Below, piece by piece: positions 30,549 through 38,875 of a stretch of 64,000 bases of DNA. The position numbers and the translations under genes are program-made. Origin of the DNA: Inquilinaceae bacterium (GTDB lineage Bacteria; Pseudomonadota; Alphaproteobacteria; DSM-16000; Inquilinaceae). The notes under the pieces are model-generated. The model did no database searches. It was not told the DNA's origin and was given only the letters and a program-made list of their open reading frames with translations. Numbering within the stretch: the first letter of the stretch is position 1; each line of letters starts with the position of its first letter. The DNA lies in contig CBDBVB010000025.1 of assembly GCA_965212545.1 (NCBI GenBank), positions 8,433 to 72,432 of the forward strand, written 5' to 3'.

Positions 30549-30570
30549 GCGCGCGATGCGCGCTTTCAGA
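30549..30570 (+). terminator. Intrinsic terminator candidate after the crp-like gene
   Basis: GCGCGC-gat-GCGCGC is followed by TTTCAGAATTGTTTCTT. Confidence 0.5.
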
Positions 30571-30583
30571 ATTGTTTCTTCAA

Positions 30584-30601
30584 CTGTGATGGCCATCACA
30601 G
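30584..30601. promoter_or_regulatory. Perfect CRP-type box: CTGTGA-TGGCCA-TCACAG
   Basis: This is an 18-bp perfect palindrome containing TGTGA-N6-TCACA. The hexamer TAAGAT at 30621-30626 lies about 29 nt from the palindrome centre, close to class II CRP promoter geometry. Confidence 0.55.
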
Positions 30602-30632
30602 CAAGGTCGGCCGAAGACCCTAAGATTACTCG

Positions 30633-30743
30633 GGAAGGAAACGCGGAAGGGACGCGCCCCACAAGACTCTTCTGCAAATCCTTCAGCTTCCGAGCAAGAC
30701 CCCTGTGAACTCGCCGGCTGGATCTCCAGCCGGCGCTTTCTTT
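30633..30743 (+). ncRNA. Candidate small RNA (about 110 nt) between the CRP-box promoter and an intrinsic terminator
   Basis: There is no ATG-initiated ORF in the unit. It ends in the hairpin GCCGGCTGGA-tc-TCCAGCCGGC (30713-30734) followed by GCTTTCTTTGTG. The 5' end is inferred only from the -10-like hexamer. Confidence 0.3.
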
Positions 30744-30996
30744 GTGCGATGGGGTGAAACCGCATAACGGCGCCGGATTTCGCTAGCCCGACAGAACAAA
30801 TTCACTACCTAAAATAGAATGAATGAATTTTCATACATATTAACGATTTGTTAACCACATTGGCGCGATAGTCGTCCTTGCCGCCTGTCATTGCGACCGT
30901 CAGGCGGCGGATGGACCCATGCCCTTGACGGCCCCGGAACCCCAACCGGGGCCGTCTCTTTGTCTGGACGACCCCTCCCCGCTCAGGCCCAACCGA

Positions 30997-31146
30997 TTAT
31001 CGGATCGGATCTTCGCTCGCCGCAAGCGGGTTGGAGATGGTGATCTTCTGAACCGAGAACTCGGCCGGCCCGGCTTCGTTGATGGCGCATCCCGACATCG
31101 ACAAGGCCGCAACCATGACCAGGATCTTGAGATTCCGTGTCGTCAT
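30997..31146 (-). CDS. Small lipoprotein (49 aa)
   Basis: MTTRNLKILVMVAALSMSGCAINEAG has a signal peptide plus a lipobox-like LSMSGC. Third-position GC is high. It is the 3' part of track ORF 30997..31533. Confidence 0.55.
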   Translation of the reverse strand: MTTRNLKILVMVAALSMSGCAINEAGPAEFSVQKITISNPLAASEDPIR

Positions 31147-31506
31147 GGTCTGGTCCTTTCCCATGAGTATTTGGCGGATCTGCGGGGATAACCCAATACC
31201 GGCGCAAAGCGCCCGGAACCAGGCAAGGCCCGGATCCGGCCCAACAACGCTGCCACCAAAATTAGCATAGCATCCCCACACTACACTTTGAAAAGAGTCA
31301 GATTTCCTTCGAAATCTATCAGTTGAACACTTGTCATTCGGTTTACATCTAGCTCGTTCCGCAGTGGTTTCCGTGTCGGCACCAGAATATTGGTCCCACG
31401 TCGTGCGGATTGCCCCATCGGGAATCCCGCTCTTTGCTCCAGTTCCGTCCTGGTGTACCAACGCGAACTCATGCGCGCGGCGCGCGGCGGCGACCGAAGG
31501 GAGGGT

Positions 31507-32418
31507 GTGGTGGCGGACTACTTCGAGATCCACGACGATCGGTTTCGGGAATATCTTCTAGGGAATGTCTGGGTCGAGACCCTGTTCACCGGCAGCCTTT
31601 GGGCCGAGGGGCCGGTCTGGTTCGCAGATGGCGGCTATCTGGTCTGGAGCGATATTCCGAACAACCGGATGCTGTGCTGGAAAGAGGGTCTGGGCACGAC
31701 GGTCTTCCGCGACCCGTCGAATTACAGCAACGGCAACGCCCGCGATCGCCAGGGACGCCTCGTGACGTGCGAGCATGGCGGCCGGCGGGTGACGCGCACC
31801 GAACATGACGGCGGCATCACGGTTCTGGCCGACAACCATGAGGGCAAGCGTCTGAACTCGCCGAACGATGTGGTCGTCAAATCCGACGGCACGGTTTGGT
31901 TCACCGATCCGCCATACGGAATCCTGACAGACTACGAGGGGTACAAGGCCGACAGCGAGATCGGCGCCAACTATGTCTACCGGCTGGACCCGGAAAGCGG
32001 CCAGTTGAGCGTCGTCGCCGATGATTTCGATAAACCCAACGGCCTCGCCTTTTCGCCGGACGAATCGATCCTGTATATCGCCGATACCGGGCTGTCCCAT
32101 AACGTCGACGGGCCGCACCACATCCGCGCCTTCTCAGTGAAGGGTGGAGACACCCTCGCCGGCGGCGAGGTTTTCGCGGATGTGAATCCGGGCGTGGCCG
32201 ATGGATTTCGACTCGATACCGACGGCAATGTGTGGACCAGCGCCGGCGACGGCATCCATTGCTACACACCGGACGGCACGTTGTTGGGGAAGATCCTGAT
32301 CCCGGAAAAGGTCTCGAATTGCGTGTTCGGCGGCGCCCGTCGCAATCGCCTGTTCGTGACCGCCACGACCTCGCTCTACGCGGTGTATGTGAACGCGCGA
32401 GGGGTCCAGACGCCTTAG
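31507..32418 (+). CDS. SMP-30/gluconolactonase/LRE family protein
   Basis: A GTG start follows GGGAGGG. The beta-propeller blocks EGPVWF, NSPNDVVVKSDGTVWFTDP, PNGLAFSPDE and ADGFRLDTDGNVW are present. Confidence 0.85.
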   Translation: MVADYFEIHDDRFREYLLGNVWVETLFTGSLWAEGPVWFADGGYLVWSDIPNNRMLCWKEGLGTTVFRDPSNYSNGNARDRQGRLVTCEHGGRRVTRTEHDGGITVLADNHEGKRLNSPNDVVVKSDGTVWFTDPPYGILTDYEGYKADSEIGANYVYRLDPESGQLSVVADDFDKPNGLAFSPDESILYIADTGLSHNVDGPHHIRAFSVKGGDTLAGGEVFADVNPGVADGFRLDTDGNVWTSAGDGIHCYTPDGTLLGKILIPEKVSNCVFGGARRNRLFVTATTSLYAVYVNARGVQTP

Positions 32419-32463
32419 TGGTCTAAATCAGGCTCCGAGCCGCCCGGAACCTGGCGGGATGGA

Positions 32464-32868
32464 TTATCGCAGGCATTCCTCCAACGTGTCGAAGGCGAGC
32501 CGTTTCTGAAGATTGGCGTTGAACCGCAGCCCCAGGATCATCTCGTCGCGCAGGGCATTCTCGCCGACATCGCCGCTCACCGTGATGTTCTGGATGCTCT
32601 CATCCAGCTTTGCTTCGATGGCGGCATTGGAGAGCTCGAAATCGCTGTAGCAGGCGGCGTCCCGGATCGCCACGGCGGTCGACATCTGGCCCCCTGCCGG
32701 CGCCGAGGAGGTCGCGGCAGGCTGACCGCCCTGACTGGGGGACGAGCCGGTCGTGTTCAGGAGCGGGCTGTTGCACGCGGCGCATAAGAGAGCCGTAGCA
32801 ACGGCACTGGTGCGGAGGAACGTACGGACAGATTTTGGCGCAGCTTGCTCGGCCGGAGCGGTAGCCAT
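32464..32868 (-). CDS. Secreted or lipoprotein-like hypothetical protein
   Basis: The start is taken at MATAPAEQ. There is a hydrophobic segment AVATALLCAAC and then a Ser/Gly/Pro-rich linker. I recognise no family. Confidence 0.5.
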   Translation of the reverse strand: MATAPAEQAAPKSVRTFLRTSAVATALLCAACNSPLLNTTGSSPSQGGQPAATSSAPAGGQMSTAVAIRDAACYSDFELSNAAIEAKLDESIQNITVSGDVGENALRDEMILGLRFNANLQKRLAFDTLEECLR

Positions 32869-33380
32869 CACACTTAGCACCTTTAGTAGTTTCACTCCTG
32901 CCCGGACACTACATGTGCCATATCGACCTTGCAATAGTCCCAACAGCGACACAGTCGGCGGTGGCGGCAAGGTTTTTCCGCGCACTAAAATTTGTTTGCA
33001 ATCAAATGATTAGCGGTCCCCGCATTACCCCGTCACGGGCATTCGTTTGATCCGATGCGCGGCCATCGTCGGATGGCGGCATCAAACCGTGCGCGCCTGA
33101 TTCGTCAGATTCAGCGGATTGGAGTCCGTGCCTGGCCGGGTCGGGAACCTCACCATGCGGTCCGATGCGGCCGACAATCCGGTTTCGCGTTATGCAGATC
33201 GTGACCGGCGTTCCGTGCCCGACCACAAAATCGGCGGGATCGCGCGCGACAAACCTGTTAGATTCGAAAGCTATTGTGACGGCATAGCGGGGCGATCATT
33301 GGATGCCGGCCGGCCGTGTAACCAGTTCGGGTTCCGATCCAGGCACGTCTTGGCCGCTGCTCACGGCGCCGAGGGCTCGA

Positions 33381-34091
33381 ATGCGTGACAGCCTTGCCTT
33401 GCTTTGCCGGGTCGCATTGACCGGTCTGGTCGCCGCGGCCGCGTCGACATCCATCGCTTTTGCCCAGGTTCTGGAACGGGCCGATATCTGCATGGCGATC
33501 GGCCTCGATGTCTCCGGCTCGATGGAGCCGCATGAGATGCGCCTGCAATATGACGGGCTTGCCAGGGCGCTCAATCACAACCGCTTTCTGCAAGCTATCG
33601 AGGGCGGGCGGCATGGCATAACAGCCGTCGCCGTATACACCTGGTCGGCCAATCGCAGCGTCGACGTGGTCGTCCCGTGGACAGGAATCTCCGGTCCAAA
33701 GGATGCCGAGCAGGTCGGGGCAATGCTGTTCGCGCTGCCAGCACGCACCGGCGAGGGCAACACCAGCCTGACACTGGCGATCCAGACCGGCGTCGCGTTG
33801 CTGGAGACCTGCCCGTGGTACGCCGAACGGCAACTCATCAACATTGCCGGAGACGGCGTCACCAACATCTATCCGGGCCCCGTGAACGCGCGCGATGCGG
33901 CCAACGACCGCGGCATCGTGATCAACGGTCTGGTGATCGCCAGCGAGGAGTTCGCGGCGCTGCACCACTACCGCACCGAGGTGGTCGGGCCCGAGGGCAT
34001 CGGCTTCGTGGTCCTGATCGACGATTTCCGGGGTTTCTCGGCCGGCATGCTGCGCAAGCTGCTGCTGGAGATGGCGATGGTCAGCGAATAG
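33381..34091 (+). CDS. DUF1194 (vWA-like) domain protein
   Basis: There is a signal peptide, then ICMAIGLDVSGSM (MIDAS-like DxSxS), INIAGDGVTN and INGLVI. Confidence 0.7.
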   Translation: MRDSLALLCRVALTGLVAAAASTSIAFAQVLERADICMAIGLDVSGSMEPHEMRLQYDGLARALNHNRFLQAIEGGRHGITAVAVYTWSANRSVDVVVPWTGISGPKDAEQVGAMLFALPARTGEGNTSLTLAIQTGVALLETCPWYAERQLINIAGDGVTNIYPGPVNARDAANDRGIVINGLVIASEEFAALHHYRTEVVGPEGIGFVVLIDDFRGFSAGMLRKLLLEMAMVSE

Positions 34092-34110
34092 TCCCAGATC
34101 GCCCGGCCCC

Positions 34111-34923
34111 CTAACCCTCCGCCGCGCCATGCCCCTGTTCGGCCTCGGGCTCGGTATCCTCGTACCAGTTCAGGCGCCGGTAATCGAAATTCCCCTCAAG
34201 AGTAGGTTTGATCACCGCGAAGTACGGCGAGATGTCGAAATCACGCGGCGCAAACAGGCTGTGGTGGCGGATATGGAGGAATTCGCGCACCACATGCCGC
34301 CGGGTCGAATCGTCATAGGTCGCCTCCTCGCGCACATGCGGTAGGATCGGATATCGGACCGATTGGAACGCCTGGGCGATCAGGGTCGAGCAGATCGCCC
34401 GCGTCGGATCGCCGCTGCCCAGTGCCAGCATGCGCCGGCGCCAGGGTACCGGAACCGGCGGCGTTGGCAGCAGATACCGCATCAGGTCGATGACGTTCTT
34501 CAAATCGTATCGCATGCCCAGGCGCTCGATTATGAACCGCACGACCTTGCGGCGGTCCGGGTTCGACAGGCCGACCGGCCGGCAGATGCGGGTGTTGAGG
34601 GATTCGTACTTTGCCAGCGGCACGGCGATCACGCCCAGTTGCAGATCCGCTTCGATCAGGCTCCTGGGTTCCGAACTGCCGTCCGCCGCGCCGCTCCAAT
34701 CGTCGCCGACGTAGAATGCGGCGTGCGACCATGTCGATTGGGTCAGGTATTTGATGGCGACGCTGACCCGCTTGTCGCCCTCCACCAGCAGCACGTCGCC
34801 GGGCCTCAGCGAGTCTCTGAGCCGGTCGATCGGCGTCACCGAGAAGGTGACGTATCTGCGGCTTGGCTGGTCCAGGTAATTCGCCAGCCCGCCGCCAACC
34901 CGTTCCAACAACGTTGCGCCCAT
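34111..34923 (-). CDS. YiiX/C92-like permuted papain-fold hydrolase
   Basis: LRPGDVLLVEGDKRVSVAIKYLTQSTWSHAAFYVG provides the His first, and AICSTLIAQAF provides the Cys later. This is the permuted order typical of the family. Confidence 0.5.
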   Translation of the reverse strand: MGATLLERVGGGLANYLDQPSRRYVTFSVTPIDRLRDSLRPGDVLLVEGDKRVSVAIKYLTQSTWSHAAFYVGDDWSGAADGSSEPRSLIEADLQLGVIAVPLAKYESLNTRICRPVGLSNPDRRKVVRFIIERLGMRYDLKNVIDLMRYLLPTPPVPVPWRRRMLALGSGDPTRAICSTLIAQAFQSVRYPILPHVREEATYDDSTRRHVVREFLHIRHHSLFAPRDFDISPYFAVIKPTLEGNFDYRRLNWYEDTEPEAEQGHGAAEG

Positions 34924-35084
34924 GGCCGGGCCTCAGCGCGTACCGGTGGAAACGGCCGGGTTCGTCAGCGCGACAAAGCGACGGATTCCGTCCGTTTGCG
35001 GTGCATAGTGGGTAAGGAACATGGCGCATTGCTCCCGAATCATTGTGCCCCCATGTTAATCTGGAAAGCGTCCAAGGGTGGTAC

Positions 35085-35837
35085 ATGTCGAGGATGAACT
35101 GGCGTTCAACACTGATCGCAGCAATTCCGATCGCCATGCTGGCGGCACTGCTCTCGCAGCCGCCGATCCCGCAACCCCTGGAATATCATCTGTTTGCCGA
35201 CAGTCGGGGGTGTCTGGGTGTGCCGAATTTCGGCGATGTCACCTCCAACCTGGCTTTCCTGGTGGTCGGCGCTCTGGGTTTGCATCTGTGCCTGACCGCC
35301 CGGCCCCGGGGCGCCCGCTTCTCCTGGATCGTCTTCTTCGCCGGCGCCGCCCTGGTCAGTGCAGGCTCGGCCTATTACCACTGGCAGCCGGACAACCGGA
35401 CCCTGCTCTGGGATCGGCTGCCCATGACCATCGGCTTCATGGGCGCCTATGTGGCGCTGTTGTCGGAGTATTGCGACCGGCGGCTGGAGCGGGCACTGAT
35501 CCTGCCGGCGATCGCGGCCGGCTTCGCCAGCGTGATCTACTGGGGCTTCGTCGATGACCTCAGGTTCTATTTCGCGGTTCAGGGCACCGTCATTGTCACG
35601 ATCATCGCGCTCATCGCCCTCTTCCCGCATCCGCCGCGCCAGCGCGGCTTCCTGATCGCGGGCATCGGCCTTTATGGGCTCGCCGTCCTCTGCGAGCAAC
35701 TTGACCAGCAGATTTTCGACATACTGGCCGGTGTGGTCAGCGGCCACACCATCAAGCACCTGTTCGCCGCTTCGGCCGTCTTCGCCATCGTGCAGATGCT
35801 GCGGGCACGCCCCCCGGCTGCGGCCTTCACCCCATGA
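35085..35837 (+). CDS. Ceramidase-like multi-pass membrane protein
   Basis: There are about seven TM helices, with YYHWQPDNRTLLWDRLPMTIGFMG. The family assignment is tentative. Confidence 0.5.
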   Translation: MSRMNWRSTLIAAIPIAMLAALLSQPPIPQPLEYHLFADSRGCLGVPNFGDVTSNLAFLVVGALGLHLCLTARPRGARFSWIVFFAGAALVSAGSAYYHWQPDNRTLLWDRLPMTIGFMGAYVALLSEYCDRRLERALILPAIAAGFASVIYWGFVDDLRFYFAVQGTVIVTIIALIALFPHPPRQRGFLIAGIGLYGLAVLCEQLDQQIFDILAGVVSGHTIKHLFAASAVFAIVQMLRARPPAAAFTP

Positions 35838-36609
35838 TGCTGAGGCCGCCGTCGATATAGATGGTGTTGCCGGTAATCAGCTTGGCGGCATCGGTGGCAA
35901 GGCTGGCGCAGGCGATGCCGACATCATCGATACCGACCAGCTGGCCGGCCGGCGCCTCGGCGGCGGCGCGGTCGAGCAACTCGTCGAAATCCTTGAGGCC
36001 GGAGGCGGCGCGGGTCTTGAGCGGGCCCGGAGAGATCGCATGCACGCGAATACCCTTGCGGCCGAGCTCCCAGGCCATGTAGCGGGCGACCGATTCCAGC
36101 GCCGATTTGACCGGCCCCATCACGTTGTAGTTCTCGATAACCTTGTCAGCGCCGTAATAGCTCATCGTGAACAGGGTGCCGCCATCGGTCATCAGCGGCT
36201 CGGCCAATCGGGCCATGCGGATGAAGGAATGGCAGGACACATCCATGGCCTTCAGGAACCCGTCGCGCGAGCAATCCACCAGCCGGCCGTGCAGATCTTC
36301 CTTCGGAGCGAAGGCGATCGAGTGCAGCGCGAAATCGAGCCGCCCCCAGCGCCGCTCGATCTCCTCGAACACCGCCTCCATCTGACCATCGACCTGGGCA
36401 TCGAGCGGCATGAAGATGCTGGCATCGACCTCCTCGGCCAACGGCGCGACATAGGGTCGGGCCTTGTCGTTCATATAGGTGATGGCCAGATCCTCGGCGC
36501 CGATGAATTTGAACGCCTTGGCGCAGCCATAGGCGATCGAATTGTCGTTGGCGATGCCGATGATCAGGCCCTTCTTGCCCTCCAGCGACCGTGACTTGGG
36601 ATCGAACAT
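35827..36609 (-). CDS. fabI: Enoyl-[acyl-carrier-protein] reductase (NADH), FabI-type SDR
   Basis: 260 aa. It has GLIIGIANDNSIAYG, the Tyr/Lys context SYYGADKVIENYNVMGPVKSALE, and GNTIYIDGG. Confidence 0.85.
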   Translation of the reverse strand: MFDPKSRSLEGKKGLIIGIANDNSIAYGCAKAFKFIGAEDLAITYMNDKARPYVAPLAEEVDASIFMPLDAQVDGQMEAVFEEIERRWGRLDFALHSIAFAPKEDLHGRLVDCSRDGFLKAMDVSCHSFIRMARLAEPLMTDGGTLFTMSYYGADKVIENYNVMGPVKSALESVARYMAWELGRKGIRVHAISPGPLKTRAASGLKDFDELLDRAAAEAPAGQLVGIDDVGIACASLATDAAKLITGNTIYIDGGLSIMG

Positions 36610-36610
36610 C

Positions 36611-37845
36611 TCACTCGTGCTCCAATGACATGTGCCGGCCGCTCATCGACCGGGCCGTGGTGTCGGTCTGCAGGATATGCAGGGTGTGTTTGGCGATCAT
36701 CCTCTCCTCGTCGGTCGGGATGACGAACACTGCCGGCCCGGTGCCCTGCCGGCTGATTTCGGTCGCGTTGCGTTCATTGGCGGCGCCGTCCAGCGCGACG
36801 CCCAGCCAAGCCAGCCGGTCGCAGATCGCCTGGCGCACCCAGGGCGATTTCTCGCCAATGCCGGCGGTGAAGACAACCGCGTCGAGGCCGCCCAGCACCG
36901 TGGCGAGGGCGCCGACCTCCCTGGCGGTGCGGAACGCGAACACGTCCAGAGCCATCCGCGCCCGAGGATCGTCGCTTGCCTGCAGGTCGCGCACATCGTT
37001 GCCGATGCCCGACAGGCCCTTCAGGCCGCACTCGTGGTACAGCATGCGCTCGACATCCGACGGGCTCATGTGTTTTTGCGCGATGAGATAGAGGATGACC
37101 CCGGGATCGATCTGGCCCGGCCGGGTTCCCATCGGCAGGCCGTCCAAGCGCGGTGAAGCCCATGGTGCTGTCGACGCTGTGCCCGCCCTGCATGGCGCAG
37201 AGCGATGCCCCGCTGCCCAGATGGGCCGCGACGACCCGGCCCCGCGCCCGCCCCGGCGCCAACATCCGCCAGGGCCTCGGCGATGTATTCGTAGGACAGC
37301 CCGTGAAATCCGTAACGCCGAACGCCCTCGTCCCGCAGCCATTCGGGGATCGCGTAGCGGTCGACCAGCTCGTCCTGGGTCCGGTGGAATGCGGTGTCGA
37401 AGCAGGCGACCTGCGGCATATCCGGCATGCGCGCGCGGATCGCCCGGATCGGCGCCAGGTTGTTGGGCTGATGCAACGGCGCCAGCGCGACGAAGCGCTC
37501 CAACCCGTCCAACACCGCGTCATCGATGAGGACCGGCCGGTCGAAATCCGGCCCGCCATGCACGACGCGATGGCCGATCGCCATCGGCAGCCGGCCGGAC
37601 AGGTGCTCGCGCAGCCATCCGCTGAGGATCTCCATGGCGGCCGGCACATCGGCGATCTCGGCGCCTGAAAAGCTGCGCTCGACGAGCGATCCGCCCTCGG
37701 AATCCTTCGCCGTAAGGCGCGGATTGGCGCCGATACCCTCGATCTGCCCTCGGAACAGCCGCCGAAGCTCGCCCTCATCCGTGGCGAACGATTGGAATTT
37801 GATGCTTGAGGATCCCGCATTGAGGACCAGGAGCGTCGGTTCCAT
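36611..37845 (-). pseudogene. ackA: Acetate/propionate kinase family, interrupted by two single-base insertions
   Basis: [17 protein letters not shown]...HRVVHGG...FDTAFH...[18 protein letters not shown] is in the frame of ORF 37066..37845. [38 protein letters not shown] is in the frame of ORF 36774..37907. [15 protein letters not shown]...VFTAGIGE... is in the frame of ORF 36611..37342. The switches are near 37259-37260 and 37144-37145. Confidence 0.9.
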
Positions 37846-37848
37846 CGG

Positions 37849-38823
37849 TCAGGACTGGATCGGTTTGCCGGTGCGCAGCGCGTTCGCATACAGAGCGGCG
37901 ACTGCACAAGAGGCCATGCGCGTCTGGACCGAGTCCGCCCGGCTGGTCAGCACGATCGGCACCCTTGCGCCGAGCACGATCCCGGCTGCGGCGGCACCGG
38001 TCAAGAATGACAGGTTCTTCGCCAGCATGTTGCCGGCCTCAAGATCCGGTACCACCAGGATGTCGGCCTGCCCGCCGACCGGCGACTTGATGCCCTTGAT
38101 CTGCGCCGCCTCCAGGCTGATCGCATTGTCCAGGGCCAGCGGCCCGTCCAGCAGTCCGCCGGTGATCTGTCCCCGTTCGGCCATCTTGCACAGCGCTGCC
38201 GCATCGATCGTCGACGGTATCTTGGGGTTCACCGTCTCCACCGCCGAGAGGATCGCCACCAGCGGTTGCTCGATGCCGAGGGCCCGGGTCAGGTCGATCG
38301 CGTTCTGCACAATGTCCCGCTTGACCTCAAGATCGGGAAAGATGTTGATCGCCGCGTCGGTGATGAACAGCGGTTTGGGATAGCTGGCCGTATCCATGGC
38401 AAAGACATGGGAGATGCGGCGTTCGGTGCGCAGGCCGGACTTGCTGCTGATCACCGCGCTCATGATCTCGTCGGTGTGCAGACTGCCCTTCATCAGGATC
38501 TCGCCACGCGCCTCGCGGAGCAGGGCGACGCCGGTCTCGGCGGAGGCATGGCTGTGCGGCGCATCGACGATCTCGAAGGATGAGATATCCAGATCGTGTT
38601 CCTTGGCGACCGCCTCGATCCGGGCCTTTGGGCCGACCAGAACGGGTGTGATGATCCCTTCTTCGGCCGCAACGATCGCGCCCTCCAGCGACGTCTGGTC
38701 GCAGGGATGAACGACAACCGTCGGGATCGCCGGAATGTCCTTGGTCCGGCCGATCAGTGTTTCGTATGACTTGTGCCTGTGAACGGCGTCATGGGCCCGT
38801 TCGGCCGCTACTGAATCTGACAT
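37849..38823 (-). CDS. Phosphate acetyl/butyryl transferase family protein (PTA_PTB)
   Basis: 324 aa. The C-terminal block [19 protein letters not shown]...[14 protein letters not shown] is typical of the family. Confidence 0.8.
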   Translation of the reverse strand: MSDSVAAERAHDAVHRHKSYETLIGRTKDIPAIPTVVVHPCDQTSLEGAIVAAEEGIITPVLVGPKARIEAVAKEHDLDISSFEIVDAPHSHASAETGVALLREARGEILMKGSLHTDEIMSAVISSKSGLRTERRISHVFAMDTASYPKPLFITDAAINIFPDLEVKRDIVQNAIDLTRALGIEQPLVAILSAVETVNPKIPSTIDAAALCKMAERGQITGGLLDGPLALDNAISLEAAQIKGIKSPVGGQADILVVPDLEAGNMLAKNLSFLTGAAAAGIVLGARVPIVLTSRADSVQTRMASCAVAALYANALRTGKPIQS

Positions 38824-38875
38824 GCTGCTCTGGCCTTCCGGAATTCTTGGAGTCGTAATCAGGCTCGCCTGACCC

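Noticed and set aside
30840-30908. Small inverted repeats TTAAC-gattt-GTTAA and GCCGCCTG...CAGGCGGC downstream of the small lipoprotein gene
   Set aside because: The stems are short, one loop is 13 nt long, and there is no adjacent U-tract. The evidence is too weak to call a terminator or operator.
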